Origin: a virus
DNA: 64,000 bases
Reading direction: 5' to 3' (one strand)
Virus record (IMG/VR): IMGVR_UViG_3300003177_000005
Location: 1 to 64,000 of that record
This document shows positions 33,500-43,307 of the stretch, in pieces. The number at the start of each line of letters is the position of its first letter. The first letter of the stretch is position 1. Under the pieces are notes generated by a model that ran no database searches, was not told where the DNA came from, and saw only the letters and a program-made list of their open reading frames with translations. The position numbers and the translations under genes are program-made.

Positions 33500-33535
33500 A
33501 TTTTTTATGAGTTTTGGCCAAAACTCATAAAAAAT
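33500..33535. repeat. Perfect 36-bp palindrome
   Basis: ATTTTTTATGAGTTTTGG|CCAAAACTCATAAAAAAT. Confidence 0.9.
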
Positions 33536-33552
33536 TAACATAGGAGATCAGT

Positions 33553-34263
33553 ATGGCAAGAATAAACACAACACTAATTAAGTCTAGCTTAAAATATGCT
33601 AGAGGTTTTAATGATGATAGTGGTATTTACTTTAATCTAGGTAATTCTAACAGAGATGAGTTAAAGATATATATCAAACCTTTGGTTAAGATATTAAGAG
33701 GTAGTAATGAAAAGTTACCAAAAGACTGGAGAAAAACAAAAAGTGGAAATTTAGTAACACCAATGTTTAAAGCAAGTATTTCAAAACAAGTCATTGGTGA
33801 AGATACTCCATTAAAAGATACTTTTGAAACACTGTTTATTACTATAAATGATAGTAAAAAGATTGTTTTACACCTTGGAGTTATAGAAAAGTTTAATGAA
33901 CTTAAAGACCAAGATGAAACTATTGTTGGAAGTGAAGCTAAAAAAGGTATCAAATATCGAATAGTTAATACTGATAAGCTTTTAAATACATTTTGTGAGA
34001 AAAATCTATTTGTAGTCAATGGGAAGGCTTATGTAATAACCGTAAGTGGTTCAGATGTAAAAATTTATAGTGCTGTGAGTCGAAGATGGTTAAAGAGGAT
34101 TTATAAAAATGGTAAAAGTTATTATGTAATCCCTGTATTCAATCACGGTAAACTTATTAAATTTAAGAAATATGATTTTGATGTATTAAAAAAAATATAT
34201 GAAAAATTTGATAAACCAAGTTTTTTAACTAGAATTAAAAAATTAGTTAAAAGGAATAAATAA
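33553..34263 (+). CDS. Basic hypothetical protein
   Basis: 236-aa ORF with AGGAG RBS. Confidence 0.75.
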   Translation: MARINTTLIKSSLKYARGFNDDSGIYFNLGNSNRDELKIYIKPLVKILRGSNEKLPKDWRKTKSGNLVTPMFKASISKQVIGEDTPLKDTFETLFITINDSKKIVLHLGVIEKFNELKDQDETIVGSEAKKGIKYRIVNTDKLLNTFCEKNLFVVNGKAYVITVSGSDVKIYSAVSRRWLKRIYKNGKSYYVIPVFNHGKLIKFKKYDFDVLKKIYEKFDKPSFLTRIKKLVKRNK

Positions 34264-34268
34264 TTTAA

Positions 34269-34571
34269 ATGTCAACGATGGACTGTGAAAAAAAGATATT
34301 GGACTATTGTGGTGAAAAAACAAAACCAATGTCATTTACATACTTAAACAAGAAGTATGTATTATACACTTTGGATACAAGACTAATAGTTGCCCAATGT
34401 GATAATTTAAAGCAAAAATGGTTTGTTAAATATGACAATAGTGTTTGGTTTATAAAGCTTGATGATAAAAACATTATTTTACTAAATAGGATTATAATTA
34501 AATATCGAGTTTACTATAAATGGTATAATAAGTTAAAGAGATGGGTTAAAAAAGTTTATAGGATAAGATAA
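34269..34571 (+). CDS. Hypothetical protein
   Basis: 100-aa ORF with AAGGA RBS. Confidence 0.7.
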   Translation: MSTMDCEKKILDYCGEKTKPMSFTYLNKKYVLYTLDTRLIVAQCDNLKQKWFVKYDNSVWFIKLDDKNIILLNRIIIKYRVYYKWYNKLKRWVKKVYRIR

Positions 34572-34592
34572 GGAGTTAATCCTTATCTTATC
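34562..34592. terminator. Inverted repeat covering the stop codons of two convergent genes
   Basis: GATAAGATAAGGA-gttaa-TCCTTATCTTATC. Confidence 0.65.
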
Positions 34593-35797
34593 ACTTTGTC
34601 ATTGACCTTAAATAGAGATATATTGTTTATTATCGAAGAACTCTTTATACCTAAATTATGCTTCACCTCTTTAATCATCTTACTTTTTATTTTTTTTACA
34701 TTATCGTCTTTTATTTTACTATTTGTCCATATAAATTTAATGTTCTTTAATACATCTACTACATTATTATCTAAATCTGGTATTATACCTCTTTTTATTA
34801 ATATGTTATTATTAACTTCTATTATTTCTTTTAGGATACCATCATATCGTATTTTTTCTTTTAAGTAATTATCTGAAATCACTCTTAAATTTTTTTGTAA
34901 AAGATTAAAACGAGTCATAGGGAATATAGATTTTGTTAATTGTAAAGTTTGACTATTATATAAAACTGAATAATCACCAACCATTTGTTGTAAATTAATA
35001 AAATTCTGACGGTAGGCATTTTGAACTACACCTATTTTGTCACCATCCTCATACGAGTCAGTTATATCTGATGATGAGACTACATCACCTTTATTTTGTT
35101 CTATTTCCCTTAGTACTGATGTGTACTCTTTCATTAATGATGTTAATCTATTATATCCATCTGTTAATGCGTATAATATACCTTCTACATCACATTTATT
35201 AAATGCCTCTTTATGATGGTTATCCCCACCATTTCTCAATTTATCATTTATATAAAGTATTAAAGCATAATCATCGATAACTTCTTGCCAGTTACGAAAT
35301 TGTTTTAATTTAAAGTGCCCTGACATTTTATTTATAACTGTCTTATGAACATTTAATGGTAACTGATAATTCCCAAACCACTCACCAACTTTAGAAGAAA
35401 TAACCTTATATGCAAAAATTGAAAATAATTCTGTTTTAGCAGTATTAGTTATATGTTCTGAAAATTTCCTTTGACTATAATAAGCCATTAATCCAAATAA
35501 AACTACATTATAGACATTAGAACTAACCTTAAAATTTTTATTTACTTCTTTAAAATGATAAATATCTTCTTGTAGTTTATCTATATCTTTTATTTTCATA
35601 ATCTCGTTAAATAGAACTCTAAAATCTGTTACAGAGAACCTAGTTATAACAAGTCCTAAATATCTAGAAGATAACCACTCTATATGATCCTCATTTCTAT
35701 TAACCCAAGACATTCTAAATCGTCCTATATCTTTTAAAAGTTTTTCATCTATTTTTCTACCTATATGTTCTTCTAATAATTTAAACAATTTACACAT
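34583..35797 (-). CDS. Conserved phiKZ-like hypothetical protein (gp174-like)
   Basis: NRNEDHIEW...LGLVITRF, FKVSSNVYN and F.LKQ..NW motifs recalled from this family; probable start ATG 35797 after GGAAAGGG. Confidence 0.65.
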   Translation of the reverse strand: MCKLFKLLEEHIGRKIDEKLLKDIGRFRMSWVNRNEDHIEWLSSRYLGLVITRFSVTDFRVLFNEIMKIKDIDKLQEDIYHFKEVNKNFKVSSNVYNVVLFGLMAYYSQRKFSEHITNTAKTELFSIFAYKVISSKVGEWFGNYQLPLNVHKTVINKMSGHFKLKQFRNWQEVIDDYALILYINDKLRNGGDNHHKEAFNKCDVEGILYALTDGYNRLTSLMKEYTSVLREIEQNKGDVVSSSDITDSYEDGDKIGVVQNAYRQNFINLQQMVGDYSVLYNSQTLQLTKSIFPMTRFNLLQKNLRVISDNYLKEKIRYDGILKEIIEVNNNILIKRGIIPDLDNNVVDVLKNIKFIWTNSKIKDDNVKKIKSKMIKEVKHNLGIKSSSIINNISLFKVNDKVIR

Positions 35798-35950
35798 ATA
35801 AACCCTTTCCAGTTGTATCAATCAAGATGTATTTTTTCCATTAAATGAAGTCTAAACACTCTAATAACAAACAGAATTAAAAAAATATATACTAAAGGGT
35901 TTAGAATTTAATAAACTATAAAGTTTAGGCTTCATCATTTTTTTCTCCTG

Positions 35951-36003
35951 ATGAGTACTTCCCAGATACTACCGTATTTTGGTAGTATCTGGGAAGTACT
36001 CAT
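35951..36003. repeat. 23-bp perfect inverted repeat with 7-nt spacer
   Basis: ATGAGTACTTCCCAGATACTACC-gtatttt-GGTAGTATCTGGGAAGTACTCAT. Confidence 0.9.
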
Positions 36004-36056
36004 AACTATTTTAAAAATATATAATTTAAATGTCAAATATAAACAAGGAGTTTTTT

Positions 36057-36467
36057 ATGTGGTTATTTTTTTATGGTATAGTTATACTCGCTATAACTTT
36101 TTTATTAGGTGTTTTAAAACTTATTCCCGATAATGTTTTATTATTAATACTTGGTGGTGTTTTAAGTGTAGATTTATTTTTGTATCTATTTAAATTTAAA
36201 CATAAGATAGATATAAGGGTTTTCAATAATAAGAATTCTAAACTTATTAATAGTCCTGGATGGATAAAACATAATGCAATATTTACTTTAATAATTCTAG
36301 TTATTTCCGCTGGTTGTTATGACCTATTTATTTATAATAAAATTAATATTATACATTACTTTATTCTTTTATCTATAATAAGTATTTACTTTAATATTTA
36401 TTTAATAAACCAAAACAGGTTTGCAGCACTAAAACAGTTAAAGGATTTAACTAATGACAAAAAGTGA
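36057..36467 (+). CDS. Membrane protein (about 4 TM segments)
   Basis: AAGGAG RBS at 36045 favours ATG 36057; hydrophobic segments. Confidence 0.7.
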   Translation: MWLFFYGIVILAITFLLGVLKLIPDNVLLLILGGVLSVDLFLYLFKFKHKIDIRVFNNKNSKLINSPGWIKHNAIFTLIILVISAGCYDLFIYNKINIIHYFILLSIISIYFNIYLINQNRFAALKQLKDLTNDKK

Positions 36468-37596
36468 GTATGAGAAATTAGTTGATAAATTAAAAGAATG
36501 GAATGCCCTTTATGAAAAGGGTAGTCCTATAGTTGATGATATTGTTTTTGACTACAATTATGATTTAGTAAAAGAGTATGAATTAGAAAATAATATTAAA
36601 AACAAAGATTCCATAACTAATATAATTGGTACTGTTGATAAATCTAAAAAGATAAAACATAAGCAAAGAATGTATAGTCTAAAAAAGACTTATAATAAAA
36701 CTGATGTAGTAGAAATGTCGAAAAAGGATATGCTGGTCATTATGCCAAAATATGATGGTGTAGCTATAAAACTAATTTATCTTAATGGGGAACTGACAGA
36801 TATATTAACTAGAGGTAATGGTAAATATGGAATAAGTTTAAGGCATTTAAAAAGTAAACAACCTTTCAAGAAGTTTAAAAAGTGTAGTGACGACATTACC
36901 GAAGTTGTTGGTGAACTTGTTATCAGTATACCCAACTTTAAACGAGTACATAAAATAACAAAGAGGGAGTTTATTAATAATAGAAGTCTTGTAAGTAGTG
37001 TTATAACGAATAAGAAAAATATGGACTTAGCCAACTATTTGAAGTTTAGACCTTTTGGTATTGTAACGACTAAAGAGTTTTCAGTTTATAGTAATGAATT
37101 AGATTATTTAAAATCTGTTTTTAATGTTAAAATCCCTTATAAGAAAACGAATGTATTAGGTTGTAGTGAATTAGACTTATTTCCATTAATAACAACATTA
37201 ACTGCTGAAACAAGTAGTTATCCAAAAGACGGGATAGTTTTTAGTTTAAACTCTCTGAAGTATTGGAATGAATATACTCAAAAATATCCAAAGTTTAAAC
37301 TAGCTTTAAAAGATAAAGCTAAAGTAAAAGAAAGTGTGCTTTTAGATGTTAAATGGAGAAAAGGTGCAACAGGTAGAATTACACCAGTTGGTATAATAGA
37401 ACCAGTTATAGTTGACAATGCTCTTATTTCCAAAGTTAACCTTCATAGCTATAAGACTATTAAAACTTTGGGTTTAGCGATAAATGACACCATTATGGTT
37501 GCTAGACAGGGTGGTAGCGTCCCTAAGATAGTTGAAGTTATTTATGATGTAGATAAACAAGATAAACGAATAGAAATAAAAAATTATTTAGAATAA
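36454..37596 (+). CDS. ligA: NAD+-dependent DNA ligase (compact form)
   Basis: MYSLKK, PKYDG adenylation motif, LTRGNG, GE, DGIV, ALK and TGRITPV; ends after the OB fold. Confidence 0.9.
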   Translation: MTKSEYEKLVDKLKEWNALYEKGSPIVDDIVFDYNYDLVKEYELENNIKNKDSITNIIGTVDKSKKIKHKQRMYSLKKTYNKTDVVEMSKKDMLVIMPKYDGVAIKLIYLNGELTDILTRGNGKYGISLRHLKSKQPFKKFKKCSDDITEVVGELVISIPNFKRVHKITKREFINNRSLVSSVITNKKNMDLANYLKFRPFGIVTTKEFSVYSNELDYLKSVFNVKIPYKKTNVLGCSELDLFPLITTLTAETSSYPKDGIVFSLNSLKYWNEYTQKYPKFKLALKDKAKVKESVLLDVKWRKGATGRITPVGIIEPVIVDNALISKVNLHSYKTIKTLGLAINDTIMVARQGGSVPKIVEVIYDVDKQDKRIEIKNYLE

Positions 37597-37694
37597 CTAT
37601 TAGTCGTTAAACCGACTAATGGTTTAAAAGCTTATCGTTTCTTTTTTTTTCTAATCTTTTGACCTATTAATGAATACTTAAAGAAAGGCATAAT

Positions 37695-39335
37695 ATGTTA
37701 TTAGAAGACATAATTTTAGAGAAGCGTGGTTTGCTTGATAGAAAAGCAGACTTATTAGATAAGAGTTATTCGAGACTTATTTCAATATTAGACAATAATA
37801 CAATAACCAATATGGATAAAACTGTTGAGTTATTAAAAGAAAATCTAGATGATGATAAATGTATAGTTTTAAATACAGATTTTGATGTTGATGGTATGAC
37901 TTCTATGGCAATACTACATAATGGATTAAAAGAAGTTTTTGGTTTTAAAGGTGAATTAATTATTATTAATAATAATAGAGAACTTGGCAGAGGTATAAAC
38001 AATACAACTATGATGGAAGTTGAAAACCTTTCTAAAATTAAGAAGATAGATTTATTTATAACTGGTGACCACGGAAGTACAGATAAAGAACAAGTTAATA
38101 AATTAATGAGTATGGGAATTAAATGTATTATTACCGACCATCATCTTTATGATGAAGAGAGTAAAGTTGAAACACCTTATTTCATTAACCCTATATTTGA
38201 GAATAACCAATTTAAATTTATCTCTGGTGCTACAGTTTTATATGTTCTTTTTTATAAATTAGCTAAAGCTTTAGATAGTGATAAATATTTACCTATATTA
38301 CAACTAGAGTTATTACCATTAGCGGCATTAACCACTATATCTGATATGATGGATATGAGAGAACCTATTAATAGATGTTTAGTACATAATGGTATTAAGG
38401 TTATGACTGTTAGTAAGAAAATAGTTTTTCAAGAGATGATTAAAACTGTTAAGTCTAAAAGAGTTATAACTTCTGGACAATTAGGTGCTATTATATCACC
38501 TATCATTAATTCAGCTGGTAGAATGAATAAAAGTATGTTAGGTATAAGGTTCCTTATTTCTCCTGATACTGAAGCTAAGTTTAACTATGAAAAATTAAAA
38601 CAAGTTAATAAAGATAGAAAAGAGTATCTTGAAGACATTATGAAAGATGTAAAACATAAGGTTGATTTCTATAGACAAAAATATAAAAATATTAATGTAG
38701 TAGTATTAGAAGAAGGTGGTGGTATAGCTGGTATAGTTGCTAGTAGATTAGGTGACCAATATAGTAAACCTACTTTTGTTTTAACTAAAGGAGAAGATGG
38801 ATATAATTGTAGTGCTAGAGCTATAGTTGAAGGTGTTCATATTGAAGAAACTGTTAAAAAGCTTAAAGAGAAAGGTTTAATTTTAAAAGGTGGTGGTCAT
38901 AAAGGGGCTGGTGGTTGTTTAATACCATTAGATAAATTAAAAGATTTTTTAGAAGAACTCAACAGTATATTTGAAGGAATAACTAACGAGGACTTTAAAG
39001 CTGATGTGATAGAGGCTAATAATTTTAAACTTTTAGATTTACATAAAACTGTATTTAAATTAGAACCATTTGGTAACTTCTTTCCAACACCTATGTTTAA
39101 GCAGACTTTTAAAATACTTAGAAAAAATAGACTAGGTATGACAGAACATATTAAATTTATAGTAGAACGAGATGGTATAATGACTGATGCCTTATGTTTT
39201 AATATGTTATCTAAAGCTGATAAATTTAAACCTGGTGATGATATAACATTAATATTTAAAACAGAATTAAAAAGTGATAATATATCTTTAATAGTTGATG
39301 ATATAGAACTCGTAAGGAAAAGTGGTAAGACTTGA
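37695..39335 (+). CDS. recJ: ssDNA-specific exonuclease RecJ
   Basis: DFDVDG, ITGDHG, TDHH, TISDMM, PIINSAGR, GGGHKGAGG and LEPFGN motifs. Confidence 0.92.
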   Translation: MLLEDIILEKRGLLDRKADLLDKSYSRLISILDNNTITNMDKTVELLKENLDDDKCIVLNTDFDVDGMTSMAILHNGLKEVFGFKGELIIINNNRELGRGINNTTMMEVENLSKIKKIDLFITGDHGSTDKEQVNKLMSMGIKCIITDHHLYDEESKVETPYFINPIFENNQFKFISGATVLYVLFYKLAKALDSDKYLPILQLELLPLAALTTISDMMDMREPINRCLVHNGIKVMTVSKKIVFQEMIKTVKSKRVITSGQLGAIISPIINSAGRMNKSMLGIRFLISPDTEAKFNYEKLKQVNKDRKEYLEDIMKDVKHKVDFYRQKYKNINVVVLEEGGGIAGIVASRLGDQYSKPTFVLTKGEDGYNCSARAIVEGVHIEETVKKLKEKGLILKGGGHKGAGGCLIPLDKLKDFLEELNSIFEGITNEDFKADVIEANNFKLLDLHKTVFKLEPFGNFFPTPMFKQTFKILRKNRLGMTEHIKFIVERDGIMTDALCFNMLSKADKFKPGDDITLIFKTELKSDNISLIVDDIELVRKSGKT

Positions 39336-40166
39336 ACGATACACCCATTTATAAAATGGGTTGGTGGTAAAGGTAGTATACTTAATACGCTTATAAAACA
39401 TATACCAGAAAACTTTAATAATTATTACGAGCCATTCTTAGGTGGTGGTTCTATGTTCTTTAAGTTATATGCTATGGAACGATTAAAGAAAAGAGATGTT
39501 GTTTTATCTGATGTTAATGAAGAACTTATCAATACTTATAAGGTTGTAAAGACAAATCCATATCAATTATTAAAGAAACTAAAAAAACATAGTAAGAAAC
39601 ATAGCAAGAAATATTACTATAGAATAAGAGAGTTAGATAGAAGAAAGGATTTTAAAAATTTTAAAGATGTAGATAGAGCTGCTAGGTTCATTTATCTTAA
39701 TAAAACTTGTTTTAATGGTTTACATAGAACAAACCAAAAAGGACACTTTAATGTACCTTTAGGTAATATGAAGATTAAACATTTGGTAGATAGAGAAAAC
39801 CTACTTAGAGTTCATCGAGCTTTAAGGCATGTTACTATAAAACATAGTAGTTTTGAAGATATAATTAAAAAAGCTAAGAAAGATGATTTTATTTATTTAG
39901 ACCCACCATATATACCACTAAATAAAACATCTTCTTTTACTAATTATAATAAAAATGGTTTTAATCTAGATGACCAAAAGAGATTAAGAGATTTACTCTT
40001 GGATGCTAGTAATAGAGGTGTTAAACTTCTAATTAGTAATTCTTATACTGAACTAACTAAAGAGCTTTATAAAGACTTTAATATTAAGGTTATACAAGCT
40101 AGGAGGAATATTAATAGTAAAGGTCATAAAAGGAATAAGGTAAATGAAGCCTTAATCTTTAATTAA
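39332..40166 (+). CDS. dam: Dam-family (D12 class) N6-adenine DNA methyltransferase with an anomalous 5' junction
   Basis: PFIKWVGGK and YYEPFLGGGS lie upstream of the track start (39453) in the same frame; YLNKTCFNGL and YLDPPY motifs; true start uncertain. Confidence 0.88.
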
Positions 40167-40170
40167 AATC

Positions 40171-40220
40171 ATCCAACATATACCCTTATATAATTTAAGT
40201 AGTGATTAGTTATCGCTACT
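40171..40220 (+). promoter_or_regulatory. Early-type promoter with 5' hairpin upstream of PhuZ
   Basis: TATATAAT box then AAGTAGTGA-ttagtta-TCGCTACTT. Confidence 0.6.
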
Positions 40221-40251
40221 TAAAAAATAAACTTTTTCGAAAAGGATTAAA

Positions 40252-41328
40252 ATGTACAAAATTAAGGTTAACATCATAGGTTGTGGGGGAGCTGGTAGTA
40301 AACTAGTAGAGACATTCGCTAAATACTACGACTCTAAGTTAAAAAGTTTTGAGAGTGAAATCTCACCAATCGTTGTATTCAAGAAGTATGATTTAGATAC
40401 TAAAGAAGGAACTATCCCAACTACTGTTATTGAGTCGCCATTAAAGAATGGTCAAAAACTATATGGGTCTGGTGGTGAAAGAATTAGTAACTTCAAAGAG
40501 ATAAGAGATGCTGTTGCAAAGAATGCTAGTAAAATGGTTGAGGTTGAACCTACAACCATTAATATGGTAATATTTGGAACTGGTTCTGGTTCTGGAAGTG
40601 TTATTGGTCCAATAATTGCTGACCTAATAAAAAAGAGTGGTGGAACTGTTGTGGTTCTAGCTGTAGTAGATAGTTTTTCAAAGAAGAATACTATAGCTTC
40701 TATTGGAAGTCTTAAAACACTAGAAGGTTTAGCAGTTAAAAATAAATATGTTTTACCTGTTATGGCGTTTGAAAATATGCCAACAAAAGCCGAGTTGTTT
40801 ACAGTTAATAATATTGAAACTAATATAGAAAATGCTGATAACAAACTGTTAAGTAAGTTGTCTTTAATTTTACCATTCTTAACTAAACACGATGATTTAG
40901 AAGTTTCAGACTTATTATCACTGTTCAATCCTGAAAGAGGAAATAGTTTAAAAATTTCTAATGGAACAAAAAAATTAGATATAGCTTTAAATGGTGATTA
41001 CTATTTATCAGAAAATGTTGTTTCTGTTAAGTCTATAAGTCCTCTTGGTCATAACTATAGACCTAAGTTCCATAACCTATCTGACTTTAAAGTTGATAAG
41101 CCTAATAGTTATGCTAATGATATAATTAATCATTTCATTAGTAATACTAAAGACTCTAATGTTGCATTCCCATTAGAAATTATTTTAGCTGACCTTGGAT
41201 TTGGCGGCTTAGTTAGAACTCTGGAAGAAAAATTAGTAAACTTTAACGAAGCTGAACAAGCTCGTACAGATACTAATAATGCAATCGATATTGATTTAGA
41301 AGCAAGTGAAGATGGAATGTTTTTCTAA
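40252..41328 (+). CDS. phuZ: Phage tubulin PhuZ/TubZ
   Basis: GCGGAG, GSGG and GTGSGSGSVIGP tubulin signature; acidic C-terminal tail ending EDGMFF. Confidence 0.9.
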   Translation: MYKIKVNIIGCGGAGSKLVETFAKYYDSKLKSFESEISPIVVFKKYDLDTKEGTIPTTVIESPLKNGQKLYGSGGERISNFKEIRDAVAKNASKMVEVEPTTINMVIFGTGSGSGSVIGPIIADLIKKSGGTVVVLAVVDSFSKKNTIASIGSLKTLEGLAVKNKYVLPVMAFENMPTKAELFTVNNIETNIENADNKLLSKLSLILPFLTKHDDLEVSDLLSLFNPERGNSLKISNGTKKLDIALNGDYYLSENVVSVKSISPLGHNYRPKFHNLSDFKVDKPNSYANDIINHFISNTKDSNVAFPLEIILADLGFGGLVRTLEEKLVNFNEAEQARTDTNNAIDIDLEASEDGMFF

Positions 41329-41635
41329 ATCAGGTCAACAAAAGAAATGTAAGATGTTATTTTACGATGTGTTAGGTCCAAATGTTGGACCTGACATTAT
41401 CGAAAATAATATACTTTGTTTACTTAACGATGTTGATTTTTTTAATGTCTTAAAGAAGTCTTACATTGAAACGGATGCAATAGTTCATAACTTCATAGAA
41501 ACTGTAGTATCCATTATAATGGATACTTTTATAGCTAGGTTTACTAATGTGGATTTTAATTTTATAAACGTAAGAGTTAGTAAAAGAAGAAAATATATAT
41601 TAGTAGAAGTCTTTGCTTATTACATAGAGATTTAA
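41312..41635 (+). CDS. Hypothetical protein
   Basis: ORF overlapping the phuZ end; part of a tightly packed operon. Confidence 0.6.
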   Translation: MECFSKSGQQKKCKMLFYDVLGPNVGPDIIENNILCLLNDVDFFNVLKKSYIETDAIVHNFIETVVSIIMDTFIARFTNVDFNFINVRVSKRRKYILVEVFAYYIEI

Positions 41636-41646
41636 GGAGTATAAAA

Positions 41647-42249
41647 ATGCGTCTATTAAAAACACAAACTTATAATATTGATACTTTGGTAACTCTTATT
41701 AATGAAGTTTTAAGGCTAAATGATTTTCAAGATGTCCCTATAGACCAAGGTTTATTTATAGAACTTCGTAATGGTATTCCAAAGTATGTTGGGTATAAAG
41801 ATGATTTTAAAGAACCTGGGGTAATCTTTATAGACCGTAATAGTCAAAGGCAAATCTTTTTTAAAGCTAGACAAATACTAGTAGGTGAACTAAATAAATT
41901 CTTTTATTTTCAACATGAGTTTAAAGAATTATTCAATGTGGAACTTAAAAAAAATGAGATATCTAGAAATAATAAACTTCTACTAGAAGTAGTAGAAGAT
42001 CGACTTATTAAATTAGAACCACAACCTACATACATAGAAGAAGGTATACATGAGTTGGTAAAAGATTTCTATAATAAACTGTTAACTGATATACCAGAAT
42101 TGAAAACAAATTTTATTACTTTTAATGCTGACACTTATTTTCTAACTGTAAATGTTTATGAAAATTTAGCTAGTTATAGATTTAGGAAATATATGTCAAT
42201 CTTAAAAGAGGATGAGAAAGAATGTTACAAGTTACATACCCAGATTTAA
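41647..42249 (+). CDS. Hypothetical protein
   Basis: AAGGAG RBS; 200 aa. Confidence 0.75.
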   Translation: MRLLKTQTYNIDTLVTLINEVLRLNDFQDVPIDQGLFIELRNGIPKYVGYKDDFKEPGVIFIDRNSQRQIFFKARQILVGELNKFFYFQHEFKELFNVELKKNEISRNNKLLLEVVEDRLIKLEPQPTYIEEGIHELVKDFYNKLLTDIPELKTNFITFNADTYFLTVNVYENLASYRFRKYMSILKEDEKECYKLHTQI

Positions 42250-42653
42250 AAAAGCTGGTAGATGAATTTACAGTTGAAATAGAATGGGAAGAATATATAA
42301 ATAGTGATATACCAGATCTAAAAAGTATGGTTTTTGATTTAGAATATAGATATAAAGAACAAGAGTATAAGTCTTTTCATGTATTTAGGATTGGAAGACC
42401 TTATGAGATTAATAATGAAACATTTGTTACTTTAGCTAAACATCTTAAAGCTGGAAAACTTGATGAACGAAATCCTTTAGTTACGATACTTAAAGATTTA
42501 GTTAATAAGGACGGAAATGATATACTTGTGGAAAATGATTATTTCCTAAACAACTATCACAACTTATGTTGTCTTGCTACTGTTTTAACAGTTATAATAA
42601 GGGACGATAGTGTAGACATTAAAATAATAGAAAAAGGGGTAATAGGATGGTAG
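42222..42653 (+). CDS. Hypothetical protein
   Basis: Overlapping operon ORF. Confidence 0.7.
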   Translation: MLQVTYPDLKKLVDEFTVEIEWEEYINSDIPDLKSMVFDLEYRYKEQEYKSFHVFRIGRPYEINNETFVTLAKHLKAGKLDERNPLVTILKDLVNKDGNDILVENDYFLNNYHNLCCLATVLTVIIRDDSVDIKIIEKGVIGW

Positions 42654-43117
42654 GAACCAAGATAACTCTTATATCTCTAATAAGAGAATATAAGAATAGT
42701 CTTGAAAGTGTTATACTACTAGATAGTATCATATCGATACTCAATAATGGTATACACGAATTAGACTATCCCGATGAGGTTATAAATAGTCCTGATTACT
42801 TAACAGCTATGTTAAGTTCAGAAACTTTTTATTTAGAACTTAATGAACTAGTTAATAAAAAAGCCAACTTTTATGCTATAGAACATATAGTTATTAAAAA
42901 GGAAGTTTATATAAACTTAACATTAAAGATTTTATATGTTATAGCAGATGTTTTAAATGCTACACAGTTAAGTATAAAAAATTTAAAGAACATTTTTTTA
43001 CATAACTTAAATGGTGCACTAAAATTTCTAGAATACACAGAACTAACATTAAATGTTACAATACTTAAAGGAGTCTATTATGGAGAAAACTATCTACTGC
43101 CCGAAAAAGTTAACTAA
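42647..43117 (+). CDS. Hypothetical protein
   Basis: Overlapping operon ORF with AAGGGG RBS. Confidence 0.7.
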   Translation: MVGTKITLISLIREYKNSLESVILLDSIISILNNGIHELDYPDEVINSPDYLTAMLSSETFYLELNELVNKKANFYAIEHIVIKKEVYINLTLKILYVIADVLNATQLSIKNLKNIFLHNLNGALKFLEYTELTLNVTILKGVYYGENYLLPEKVN

Positions 43118-43307
43118 ACGGGAATTAAAAGCCTTAAATTATGGATTTACTCATCAAGACCCTATTATACTAGCCCAACTACCTAAGAATGCTTTAGAAG
43201 CTATGATAGAGATGGAAAGACATATGGATGATGATGAGTTAACACCAAAGGAAGGTGTCGACAAACCTATACGACAATTAGGTAAATTTTTAAGAGTTGA
43301 AATATGA
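43080..43307 (+). CDS. Hypothetical protein
   Basis: AAGGAG RBS favours ATG 43080. Confidence 0.65.
   Translation: MEKTIYCPKKLTKRELKALNYGFTHQDPIILAQLPKNALEAMIEMERHMDDDELTPKEGVDKPIRQLGKFLRVEI

Noticed and set aside
35951-36133. 60-aa ORF starting in the inverted repeat
   Set aside because: No RBS, derives from the palindrome, and overlaps a better-supported membrane protein gene
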